A stretch of 63,998 nt of DNA, the filler included, from Porpidia crustulata (Eukaryota): the NCBI GenBank assembly GCA_964255105.1. It is 6 parts of 6 records of this genome, joined end to end, with 100 filler letters (N's around TTAATTAATTAA, not from the genome) between each part and the next. Parts side by side here need not be neighbours in the genome. Positions count along the whole stretch, not along the records: positions 1 to 10,711 come from CAXUWE010000735.1; positions 10,812 to 21,509 come from CAXUWE010000736.1; 4 more parts are not named here. The stretch is one strand, 5' to 3'. The notes below the pieces were generated by a model, which did no database searches, was not told the DNA's origin, and saw nothing but the letters and a program-made list of their open reading frames with translations. Shown here in pieces: positions 1 to 11,739 of the stretch. The translations under genes were made by a program, and so were the position numbers. The stretch's first letter is position 1; each line of letters starts with the position of its first letter.

Positions 1-40
1 GGGCGATAGAGGGGATGGTAGGAGGAGTGGCGGGTGGTAC

Positions 41-118
41 CTCGATTTCGAGAAAGTTCTCGGGGGGGCCATAGATCTCTTCAAAGGATTGCTGGCGGGC
101 GTCGGGCATGGCCTGCAT
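41..118 (-). CDS. SNX3: Sorting nexin-3, first exon only (gene runs off the window start)
   Basis: Manual translation MQAMPDARQQSFEEIYGPPENFLEIE followed by a GTACCA donor at 40; matches the conserved N-terminus of fungal Snx3/Grd19. Not in the ORF track. Confidence 0.88.
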
Positions 119-571
119 GGTGGGCGAGGGAGGGGAAGGGTTTTTGGCGACGGAGGCGTTCTTGGGAAGCAAGGTTGCAGTTGTGCGCAGGAGATCAAAG
201 TCCTCCAGATAATGTCGAACACTGGGTTAAATACTCCTGATAAAGGTCGACGATGATTCGCCGAGCTCTTTCAATTTTGAAGGGCCGTGATGTAAGTGAG
301 GGAAAAGAATGCGGGGGGGCCATGTACAAATCTGTATCCATTTACTCTAGGTACTCTACAGGTTTAAGGGAATTTCAGTACAACAGATATATATCTCTCT
401 AAGTATGATACATTGATTACGATAGGAAAGGCCCACGATGAAGGCTACCATCCAGTCAACTATGCTATGAGGTAGAGTACTGCTGAACCCGATGATTTCT
501 ATCTATAACCTCAATTACCCAACGACTCTCGACACGCAAATTATGCACCTCACTCCATAGCCAAGTACAAA

Positions 572-2143
572 TCAGTCGGTTTTCGTAACTCCATGCATCC
601 TCGAACGCTCTACATTAAAGTACGAATAGACAGATTGACGAGTGTGAGGCATATGTCCACTCGTCCAGAAGTTGCTCTGGATCTTGCTACCAGGCTGAAG
701 AGGTATCTCTATGGTCCCAGTGCTCGCAGATCGGGAGTTATTAGGTACACGACCTTGAATGAAAGACTGACAAGACTGGCTGAGCGGCGGTATTTCGCAA
801 TGCTTGTATTGGATCTTCTTCATGTCATTAACTAGATCTTGAACCCATGGACTGGATATTGACCGTTGCTTCTGCCGAAGAGATAATCTGTCCGCCATCT
901 GGCAGAACGACAACGCATCACCTTGCGAAAGAGATGATCCTTCAGCTTGACCAAGTGTCGAATGTACCTTAGGTAGACTTGACATTCTTGAGGCTTTGTT
1001 CGGTAAGACGGCGTCGAGCGGTCGATCTTCATGTTGACCGAGGGAGTTCTCCATGACTTTCCCAAGGCTCACATCTTCCCTCGTGGAACGTGGCTCCACA
1101 GCATTGCTTACGTTCTCCGAGAACGCCTCCGAACTCCGATTCGTACGTCGGCGAAGGCCACGTGTAGTCCCATTGCTGCTTCCTCCGGTACTTCCAGTCA
1201 AGGGAGACAAGATGTCGGCACGTTCCATTCCAGATATTGTGGTGCTGCGCCGATGAAATGTATTAGAGGTGGCTTGATCGCCAGCATAGAGCACTACTGC
1301 CGAGTCCCAATGCTTGATCTCTTCATGCTGGACCATCATCATTCTGACTATACATCCTGCACCGTCTTCGAGGGTTCCACCAAACCCCTCTCCCTTCTCG
1401 TGCAACCGGACAAATTCCACCAGTTCTTCTAATCCCAAGATCCCATCCATTCTGTAGGGGAAACGGCTTTTCTGCCATCTCTTGAATACTCTCAAAGGAT
1501 AAGCGAACATACATGCCGGAACGGCCATTAACCACATCAGTCCATTAACAAACCACATCATTCGTCCCGCAAATTCGAGTACATACATAGGTATGATAGC
1601 TAGTGGGATTATTTCGCCGACAATGGCGACAGCTACTGTTGAAAAGCCGAATGCAACCCATGACCCCGGAGGGAACAAGTGAGAGAACAGTAATGGTAAC
1701 GCTTCTGCTACCGCTACCGATGATAGAATCAGAGACACCAGAAGCCAATTCGGGCGGTTCCGCAGATTGAGAATGACTTGCGCGTGCTTCCTAGCCGTCG
1801 ACCATCAGCTCCTACGCTGCGAAGTCAGGACGGAAACAAACCTGCGCTTGGCATCGCCAGTCCTCGTCCATACCCACAAGCGCGGCATGTCGGTACCGAG
1901 CACCGCCAGAGTCAGCCCAGCCAGCAATCCAGTCAACAACAATAATACACAAACGCTCGCGAGCGTCACCCACCAGATCCAGCCACTCCATGTGCTGGAT
2001 ACCTGCATGCAACCAGATGGAACGTTTGCTGTACTGAAAGGAGCTGGTAAAACACTTACACCTGACGCTGGCGCCGCCGGGATAGGATGAGATCCAATAG
2101 GGAGAATCAGCAATGCAAAAACAATGAAATTACACCACCACAT
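572..2143 (-). CDS. CNNM/DUF21 transmembrane-domain protein (Mam3-like), apparently lacking the CBS pair
   Basis: LLTGLLAGLTLAVLGTD...NWLLVSLIL...EALPL...VAIVGEIIP motifs; 51-nt intron 1791-1841 (GTTTGT..GCTGAT..TAG) joins ORFs 1805-2143 and 572-1738; N-terminal signal peptide. Confidence 0.8.
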
Positions 2144-2920
2144 AGTAAGGCGAATTGTTCAAAAAACACTGCAAGCATATAGGAATCGTTGCTGTAGCCT
2201 AAACACTACTGGGCGTGAATATCCGCAAAGGGGTATGGGAATGTATCTAGGGCATGCATTCTCATTATGGTGTCGACGACTGAAAGCAAGTTGGCTGTCG
2301 TAGCAGCCGAAAGCTGGCTCAAACGCTTGCAAGGAAGGAGCGACCAGTGAAGAGTCCGATTCTCTCGTTGGCGGAGAGATATATACTGCAAAGACATACC
2401 TGACTGATTGATAATGAGTGCACTACCTGTACTGAGAGTCGCAGGGGTGATAATTCTTCGGGAAAAGCAAGTTAGTGCGTGTACAACGATCCCGTACTAG
2501 GGTTTCTCAATCAAATCTTTATTGCAGTATCAGTTTCGACATCTGACTGGTGTAGTGAGTTTAAGGGGACAGCAAGCGACTTTCCCAGCCAAGTCCTCAC
2601 TACCTATAGAGGTAGCAGGTACTTCTGGATAATTATGGGTATCCTGATACATTGACTGACGCCCTTGCGTTTGTGAGCTGTCTCACAGATCTCCAACCCA
2701 AACAATATAGAATACACCTTGGGAAGGGAGCTTCTTTTCCCAACCCTCAATGAGCGGATTGGCTGTGTCCCTAATCTTTTGGAAATATAGCTTTGTCCTG
2801 ACAAACCTTTGGAACTGGAAATCTCCGCGAGATTGCTGAAATGCGTGGTTCTCAGCTAGAAGAACACGAAACACCGATTTTACCGCGAGACAGGAGGTGA
2901 AAGGAGTAGCAGCTGAGTTT

Positions 2921-4572
2921 TCACTCTTGTCTCGTCCGTTTTGCGCCATGCGGATTCCAGCTAGTGTCTCCCACGCCACCGGCCTGTTGGCTCTGAGGGA
3001 AGAAAGCTGGATTATAATGAGCTTGAAAGCCTGCTTGACCTGGTTGTGACAAGGTGCGTTTTAGTGTGTTGCCTTGATCAGGTGGTGGGGAAATAAACAC
3101 AGAATTTGACGCTATCACTGTCGAGGGGAAGTGTGAGGGGGTAGCAAAAACTGCTGTCGAGGGGTATTGGGTCAGACTAGCCCAGTGAGCCTCAGGTCTT
3201 GAGCTTGCGGAGAACCCTACTCGACTTGGGTGAGACCGCGCTCCATAACCAGGGCCCACAGGCTGTCTTGAGAAGGGCGAAGATGATGTAAACTGGTCTG
3301 TCTGGGCAGAAAGATCCACGGATGAACCCGGCGTGCTCGTATTGGAGTGACTGTGAAATCCTTGCATACCTTGCATTCCCATACCTCCGTTCATTTGCGG
3401 CATACCCATCGCCATCCCGGCCAATGGACTGCCCATCCCTCCCATGCCCATGCCCCCCATGGGCATACCCATCATACCACTCGGACTCATCGCCCCTCTT
3501 CCGCCTCGCATACCCATCGGCCCGCCTCGCATGCCTCCCATTATCCCTCCACGACTTTGAAAGCCGCCATAATTCTGCATCCCACCCATTGGTGACCCTT
3601 GGAATCCGTTCATCGGGGTTCCCTGGAAGCCACCACTCATTGGTTGCTGGAATCCTCCTCTGTTGTAGCTAGGCATGCTGTTCATACCTGCACGACTATT
3701 AAATCCACCACCTCGGCCTCCTCGGTACCCGCCCGCTGAATTACTCATATTGTAACCCATTGGTTGTGGTGGCATGGAATTTATGGTCCCAGATCCATAA
3801 CCTCCGCTTGCTGAACGATTACTATTTGGGGTGTTATTGTTCCGCATAGGCCCATCTTTGGGAAGCGTTCGGAAAGGATTAGTAAAAGGGTTAGTGTAGC
3901 TGACAGTAAAATTTTTCGTGTATTGTTGACCTTCACCAAATGATTCAATCTTCTGTTTGGCAGCAGTAGCCGCTTGAGGCGACTTGAAGAGAACATAGGC
4001 TTGCCTAGGCCACAAGAGTTGTATTATTAGTTGACAGTGATAAAAAGACTCCAGGTGAAAACCCACCCTTTGCTCTTGCCATTCACTTTGTGCTCGCTGA
4101 ACGTGATATCCTCCAACTCGTCCTCACACTGGCTTTGATTCGCCCAACCACGGATATCATCATCAGTGACCCACCAATGCAATTCTGATATGAATAGTGC
4201 CGTGGTGGCGCCAGGATCAACGAATCTGTCGTCAGTACCGTCTTTGCGTTTCAGGCCTTGGGTCTGAGGGGCTTGCTTGGGAAGATGGACAGGATCCTGG
4301 GCTGATTCATCAGTACTGGCAATTTTTTGTGCTACATCACTCGGTTGCAGGTGGCTATCCTCTACTTTCGGCTCTTGATGTGTATCGTGGCCATTTGAAG
4401 TTGGGTGTGGTAAAGAGTCTGAATTTCCTAGCGGTTGCATTGAAGCTTCGGAATCTCCAGGCGTCTGTTCTGGTGGATTTTCAATCTTAATTTCTTCTCC
4501 TGGTTCTCCATGCTGATAATCTTCGCCTCCATCACCGTAGATGTCAATATCGAAATTGTCCTCTTCGGCCAT
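2921..4572 (-). CDS. RRM protein, CPSF6/CPSF7 (CFIm68)-like
   Basis: DIDIYGD N-terminus; ALFISELHWWVTDDDI...ITFSEHKVNGKSKGQAYV RRM; RGG/GM-rich tail; introns 4005-4066 and 3040-3369. Confidence 0.8.
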
Positions 4573-5486
4573 TTCAATGGAAAACTTTGGGTTTCAGCCT
4601 GTAAGCTTAGTTGATAGATTTCTTTATGAACAATATGGTCTCGCAGAGCTTGACGTAGAAGTACAGGTCTGCAAAGCGCCAGCGAAAAAATTAGCTTCGA
4701 AAGAGACTATGACCTGAAGCACACCAAGATAGCAGGATCGCTGTGCATGTATCCTGCGGCAGTCGTGATTCAACCTGCAGGTGCAGGCAAATAAGCAGAC
4801 ATACGTACAGTTGAAGGAATGTCACTAAAAGAACAGGTCTTGTATTGAACACGTAAGATGAGGACAACAGATGCTCTTGCCTGCCTGCCTTCGTCGGCAA
4901 ATGCAGGAATGAACTTGACTGAGCTCAACAGCGGTACAGCGCTTGGCTTCGACGACACTCTTAGCAAAGAGGACCCAAAAGACTTCCCATCCGTATCCAG
5001 AAGAAGAGAACAATTCGTGAGTTAGTTGAATAAAGCGACGTTAAGAGACCCCCAATGACACCTAATCCTTGCCTTTGCCCGGGTCCACCTTCGGAAGAGT
5101 GGCTTGTCGAAGCGGAGAGAAAAGTAATCGTGAAGTAAGTGATGGAGAAGGGATCATAAAACGAAGGTGGCATGCGCCAAATGTTTCAGTGGTTGGCGGT
5201 AGAAAAGATGAAGCGGGTAGAGTTCGGTGAGGTGATGACAGTTGAGTAGAACTTGATGTGAAATGTTTGCCTTGCCGAAAGGGTTTGAGCCTCACAAGAT
5301 TGTAATTGGCTGCTTTGCAGCTGAGTAATAATCACTAGCTTGGCGCTCGGACCAGTAGACGTAAAATGCATTCCACTACTGGAAAATAACACCTACTCCA
5401 GAATTGTCCTTACGCTCACAATATCTTCATGAACTTTCTCTACTAACGACTCTTTCGACTACTTCTTCCACTCATTACAGCTTACA

Positions 5487-5883
5487 ATGTCAGACCAATT
5501 CAAAGAAATCGCAGATATCCCCAAGGACTTCCTCAGAGATGGTACACAGTTCTTGAACCGATGTACAAAGCGTGCGTCTATGACCCTCTATCCATACCAG
5601 CCACGAACCAACCCTTTGAAACGGATATCAGCTAATTCTCGCGCCCAATTAGCTAATAAACGGGAGTTCATTAAAATCTCACAAGCGGTTGGGGTAGGCT
5701 TTGTGGTTATGGGTGCTCTTGGATATATCGTCAAGCTCAGTACGTGATTGTCCATATCGCAAATTGTGGACTCTGATAGCAATATTATCCAAACCCCCCT
5801 ACCGCTGAAGGAACCTTACTAATCTGTACCTCGACCTTTTAGTACATATACCGGTAAATAACATACTTGTAGGAGGCGCATGA
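5487..5883 (+). CDS. SSS1: Sec61 translocon gamma subunit
   Basis: DIPKDFLRDGTQFLNRCTKP-NKREFIKISQAVGVGFVVMGALGYIVKL-IHIPVNNILVGGA; introns 5572-5652 and 5740-5842. Confidence 0.95.
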
Positions 5884-6455
5884 ACAGGAGGTTCAGCATA
5901 TAGCTGTTGCAATGGTTGCCAAGCTCGAGCGCGGCGAATGGTGATAGGAGCTGGACCGTTTTGATTTGTTGGGAGAGCAGAGTCGATAAGATAGACTCAC
6001 CTGAAACGATACCCACTGCATTTCCCTGGACCAAGACATATCCCATTTTGTCCAGTAGTAATGAGTATAAAGAGCTATATTATGTAGTACTTTTTACGGC
6101 TTGACGAATGTGACAAGTATTAATGAAGTCAGCACACGATGTTAAGGTATGCCATCAATATTAATAAAGCATTCTAGGCGTCTCAGTAGTTTTTGTACCC
6201 ATGCTTGACCACACATGATACACGCAAGTAAAGCTCTCGCAGCACTACCTATTGTGCTATTCAGTCGGGTGTACTATGCTAGTGCCGCGATCGAAATTAG
6301 AGGTAGGCTAGTTTAGCCGCAAACGAAACACCTGAATCCAAGCCCAGAATCAAAGATACTCGTCATTATTATTATTTTAAATATAGTTGATTTACGGTCT
6401 GCCATGTACATAATACCATACATAAAATTTTCACCGCCCACTAAAGAAATTGTTC

Positions 6456-7731
6456 ATGAGCTTCCCTACTAGAAAAGGGAATACAGCGTTGCAAGCGCAA
6501 CTCAACGACTTCGGGCCCAGCGCACTGGGCGTGTCTCTCACCCCGTCCAAGGATACTGGGGACCTCGTTCAGAGACCGCCTCCCAATGGCTCATCGATAA
6601 AAGAGGCAGATGCTCCTGTGGCGAAGCCATGGGCACATTTTGTCGCTGGCGCGTAAGGAGAGTCCATCCTGTATACAAGGAATAACTATCCTTGCTAACT
6701 CGGCTACAGTACTGGAGGTCTGATTTCTGGCATACTAATGGGCCCTCTCGACGTACTGAAGACTCGACTCCAGTCTGATTTTTACCAAAGCCAGATCGCA
6801 GCATCGCGACAGGCCCGGGGGATCTTGCCGCCCACTGCGCAATCGCTTCCGCGAGGTGCCCTCTTGCATCTTAGCGAAACCTTCCAGATTCTCTTCTCTA
6901 TCCCTAAGGTCGAAGGCTGGCGGGCACTTTTCAAAGGTCTAGGTCCAAATCTGACCGGCGTCGTCCCGTCAAGGGCGATCAATTTCTACACTTATGGTAA
7001 CGGCAAGCGCATAATAAGTGAAACATTCAACCATGGCGAAGAATCGGCCTGGGTACATTTATGTGCTGCTGCAACAGCGGGCGTTCTGACAGGCACGGCG
7101 ACCAATCCCATATGGGTAGTAAAGACTCGTCTACAACTTGACAAGTCCAACGCGGAAAAAGGTGGATCTCAAATGCAAAGACAGTACAAGAACTCGATTG
7201 ATTGTGCTATGCAAACAGTTCGCAAAGAGGGAATCAAAGGACTCTATCGCGGACTGAGCGCTAGCTACCTTGGCGTAAGCGAAAGTACATTGCATTGGAT
7301 GCTCTATGAGCAAATGAAGCTCTCTCTCCGTAAAAGAGACGCCGCATTGCAAGCCTCAGGTCGAGAGCCGACTATATGGGACCAAGTCGTCCGATGGGGT
7401 GGGAAACTAGGAGCCGCAGGTAGTGCAAAATTTGTTGCAGCAATCATGACATACCCTCACGAGGTCGTCCGGACAAGGCTACGACAGGCACCTTTACAGG
7501 ATGGTTGTCTAAAGTATACAGGACTGGTGCAGTGCTTCAGCACCATCTGGAAAGAGGAGGGTATAGCATCCCTCTACGGTGGTCTGACACCGCACATGCT
7601 GAGGGTTGTGCCAAACGCTGCTATAATGTTTGGGATGTAAGTCACTACAGCTCCTCAGCTCTTTCGTCAAAGTTGAAATTAATTCTCTCAGATACGAAGT
7701 CGTATTAAGACTCTTCGGAACCGAAGCTTGA
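6456..7731 (+). CDS. RIM2: Mitochondrial carrier, pyrimidine nucleotide transporter Rim2-like
   Basis: Three PX[DE]XX[KR]XR-type carrier signatures (PLDVLKTRLQ, PIWVVKTRLQ, PHEVVRTRLR); KPWAHFVAG start; two introns. Confidence 0.88.
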
Positions 7732-8088
7732 CGTTTGTTCAAATCACTCCTGCTCAGTCATTATGTACACGTGATTGTCCTCGTCCATTCCCGCAAGTAT
7801 AGCTTAGTGTTTAACTTCATAAATATAGATCGTCTAGATAAAGGGATCAAAGGGCTCTAATACAGATAAATGACCTTTTACGGTCCATCAAATCATTGTC
7901 AGTTGTACCTTGCCTCCCTACGTGGCACCCTATTGCGGTAGAGATAAAGGTTCGGAGTGCAAAGCCCTTAATTCCGAAGCTAAGCTTAGTTGAGTTATCG
8001 AGCGTAATCGATAAGCGGTCTACATCAACGTACAATTTCCGCCATTCGTTTATCAATCTTTAAATTTAACTTATCATATACTGACAAT

Positions 8089-10520
8089 ATGTCTTCTACT
8101 CAGGGGACTTCTACTAGTCGCAGTGAGTCTCCAGATCCTTCCAGTCATGCCGTCAACATGTACGACATAGCGGAAGCTGAGAATGAGTGGGTGGACGAAG
8201 ATGATGACATGGATTATGAGCCCACTACCGACGAGAGCGAAGATAACGACTTTTTCGACCCAGCCGAGGAGGACGTAGAAGCTGAATTCCACGGTAAATA
8301 CAGTATCTTATGGCTATTGGCAGAGATTCTCGGAGATTCTTAGATTAGCAACTGACTCCTATGATCTTGGACAGACGCCGACGACGGTTTGAGTGGAGTA
8401 GAAATTGAATTATCCATGGACGATGGGAGCGAGAGACGCAATGATGAAAGCGATCATGTCACAGACACCGAGCAATCCCATGGCCAAGCAGCTGGGGTAA
8501 ATCTTACGCCTGCCGGAAGAGGACGGATAACAGGTAGTCCAAGTTCCAGGCGAGAGCAGGTCATCGTTACTGAGATTGTACTCCAGTTTCTCATACTCAA
8601 ATAATGCAACTTCTTGGGCATGCTGGCCTTCGCAGGATATTCACGAACCATACGGTTGCGGAGTCTGGAGATCCAAGCGCTGACAATGACGATAATACCA
8701 TAAGCGGCGGCTATGGAGGCTCGTCAGGTCGGAGACGGCGGCGCACGAAAGGCGATCCAAACAGATTTCCAAAGGTTCCTAGCGAAGAGGGGAAGAAATT
8801 AATGGAAAGTGGTACTTATGGGACTAGCGAACCTTGGCAAGACGTACTCAAGAGGCGAAAAGGGAAGCTGGCAAGGCAATTGATGCATAGAGAGCTAGGT
8901 ATTAGCGGAGATTATGCATCCAGAGCCAACAGAGTGATATCGCAGGTACGAAGGTACTTGGAATTTGAGGAGTTTGATCAACACCACCAGTTCGGCTGAT
9001 TTGCTCCTCTTGTAGGGCCTGATACCATCTTCCAATGCGGATACTATAATTCATTATAACTCAAGATGCTACTCTGGCCAATTTTCGGATGACGGCAACT
9101 TTTTTTTCTCTTGTGCTCAAGACTTCAGAGTTCGTATGTACGATACATCGAATCCCTATAAATGGAAATATTACAAAACTGTCGTATATCCATACGGTCA
9201 ATGGACGATCACCGATGCTACTCTCAGTCCAGATAATAAGTTCCTTGCTTATAGCTCGATCCGCAGCATAGTTTGCCTGGCTCCTACAGATCCAAGCGAA
9301 GAAGGCGAGCCTTGGCTATTGGATTTTGCAGACATGGGCGCCAGGAATAGTAGGCACCGATTCGGTTCTGGGTATAGTCATTTTGGGGTTAGTGCTTGGG
9401 AATGATAGCCACCTCAAGCCAATAGTTTGCTAACAGTATTCCAGATATGGTCAATAAGATTTTCAGGAGACGGCCGAGAGATTGTTGCTGGTACATCTGA
9501 TCATTCTGTGTACGTGTACGACATTGAGTCTCGAAAATCCATACTTAGTATACCGGGCCATAGCGACGATGTAAATGCTGTCTGCTTTGGTGATACTCAA
9601 TCTCCGCATATCCTCTATTCCGGCTCCGATGATACCCTGATCAAGGTCTGGGATAGGCGAAGTATGAGCGACAATCGTGAAGCCGGTGTCTTCATGGGTC
9701 ACACCGAGGGTCTTACTTATGTTGATAGCAAAGGGGATGGCAGATACGTTCTCAGCAATGGAAAAGACCAGACAATGAAGCTTTGGGATTTGCGGAAAAT
9801 GATGTCCACAGATCAAGCATCTAAGCTCAATCCAGCGCAGTACACCCAAGCTTTCGACTATCGCTTCATGACTTATTCGGAGGATGACTACAAACCCCAC
9901 CCACATGACTGCTCACTTGTGACATACCGTGGCCACAGTGTTCTCAAAACACTGATCCGATGCCACTTTTCGCCTGCAGGTAGCACAAACTCCAGGTATG
10001 TTTACTCGGGAAGTGAAGATGGCAGTGTCTATATCTACAACATGGATGCCACGCTAGCAGGGAAGGTGGACGTGAACAAAGCAACGCATCATTCTCGGCC
10101 CCGAGATCCGGACCTCTACACCAGTACTTATGAGATGGATGACCGAAGTCGAGGGGCCTGGAAAACATGCGTTAGGGATGCCAGCTGGCATCCAAACGCA
10201 CCTGTCATTGCTGGTAAGTTCCAAATTCCGAGATCGTCGGCATTTCCCTCCAGCCTCCACGCTAATATTTTGTAGCAACGTCTTGGAACGGATGGGGCAT
10301 GTCCACAGGAACATGTACCACGCATAGCTGGAATGATGGGGCCAGTGACGATGAAGGGGATCCTAAGATGGGTCTACGAGTAGACCAGCAGCTGAAACAC
10401 GACGAGAGCTTGTACAATAACTCTCGATCGCGAAACGGGAGAATCAGCCAATTCCGAAGGGGACTAAGGGCTCAGCGAGTGCCCAGCACCGACGAAGATG
10501 TTGACGAGGAACCTTGGTAG
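8089..10520 (+). CDS. DCAF11: WD40-repeat protein DCAF11/WDR23 (LEC14B family)
   Basis: YSGQFSDDGNFF, WTITDATLSPD, IWSIRFSGDGREIV, GHTEGLTYVDSKGDGRY, YRGHSVLKTLIRCHFSP, CVRDASWHP; five GT-AG introns link the ORF fragments. Confidence 0.9.
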
Positions 10521-10711
10521 TGGTTGGGTTGGAAACCGTCATAGGACACACCTTAGAATGCCTGTACATATACTTTTTGGAGACCCGCATGCGTTCCGGA
10601 GGTTTAGAGAGCCGTTTCAGGGGATCGACATTATACAGTATTTCACGAGGCGCAATATCAATTCAATGCATCACGGTCTTCCAGCGAGATGACCGAACTG
10701 TATGTAAAGCC

Positions 10712-10811
10712 NNNNNNNNNNNNNNNNNNNNNNNNNNNNNNNNNNNNNNNNNNNNTTAATTAATTAANNNNNNNNNNNNNNNNNNNNNNNNNNNNNNNNN
10801 NNNNNNNNNNN
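10712..10811. other. Artificial contig linker N44-TTAATTAATTAA-N44
   Basis: Six-frame stop palindrome flanked by Ns; five identical copies in the window. Confidence 0.99.
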
Positions 10812-11739
10812 GTACATGGAAGTGAGGGGCCAAGATGGTCGGAGGGGCTGCAGTGGGCAGGGTCAGTAGTGTATGAGGCCAGGGAAGTAGGAAGAGGAAG
10901 AATGGAAGAGGGAAGGGGAGAAGGGCACTGTGTATAGGAAGCGTAAAGTCCTGGACCAGGAACGCTACGACTTCCTGCACGACAGGATTTCGCGAAACCC
11001 ACATCCCCAACCAGTCATTGAAAACATCAAAAGCAAAACCCGCACCTTTATCCCCGGACAACCCGCCATCCATTTGATCAAGAATGAAGCAGAACAGACA
11101 ATTTCCCCGAGCAAATGAGACTGCGCAAGGTTTCTATTTCTGAAATCGAGATGAGGTGATTTGAAGGATGGGAGCGGCTGGCGAGATAAAGGGGTCCCAG
11201 CGCAGAGGACCGTGGTAGGAGTTTGAAAGGACGAATAAAAAGGCCACAGAAAATGTTGGCAAGAGGGGGGGCGCGGCTCAAGAACAGGAGAGGGACGCCA
11301 AGATTCCTATCCAAGTCAATAAACACAGGATGTATCGATAGCAAGCAGCTATTCAAAACCCCTATCCACCGCCACGCTCAAAACTCAAACACAAAGATGA
11401 AAATAATTTCATATTCCAAAAATACCCCACAGCTGCTTATGTACTCTTCCATCATCCTCTTGCCCCCGGGCCCCCTTGTGCAATACGAAACCCCTTTGTA
11501 CCAGCCACCCATACCGCAAGCCATATTGGCTCTCGCAGAGGCGAAGCTCCATTCAATATAAACAACCGAGATCCGGCCGCGCCAAGAACGCCATGACCCA
11601 AGTGCCCACCGCCCAACTTAAAAACGCCAAAGCCACCATTTTCTTTCACCGGAATTCATGGCGAACGATCGTATGTGCACGGAACCCTCCAACGCCTTGC
11701 CCCCTCCCCCAAAAGACACGATCTTCCGCCTCATGGAAT

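Noticed and set aside
10756..10767. TTAATTAATTAA as a periodic biological element or piggyBac TTAA site
   Set aside because: It is a standard six-frame-stop spacer embedded in Ns.
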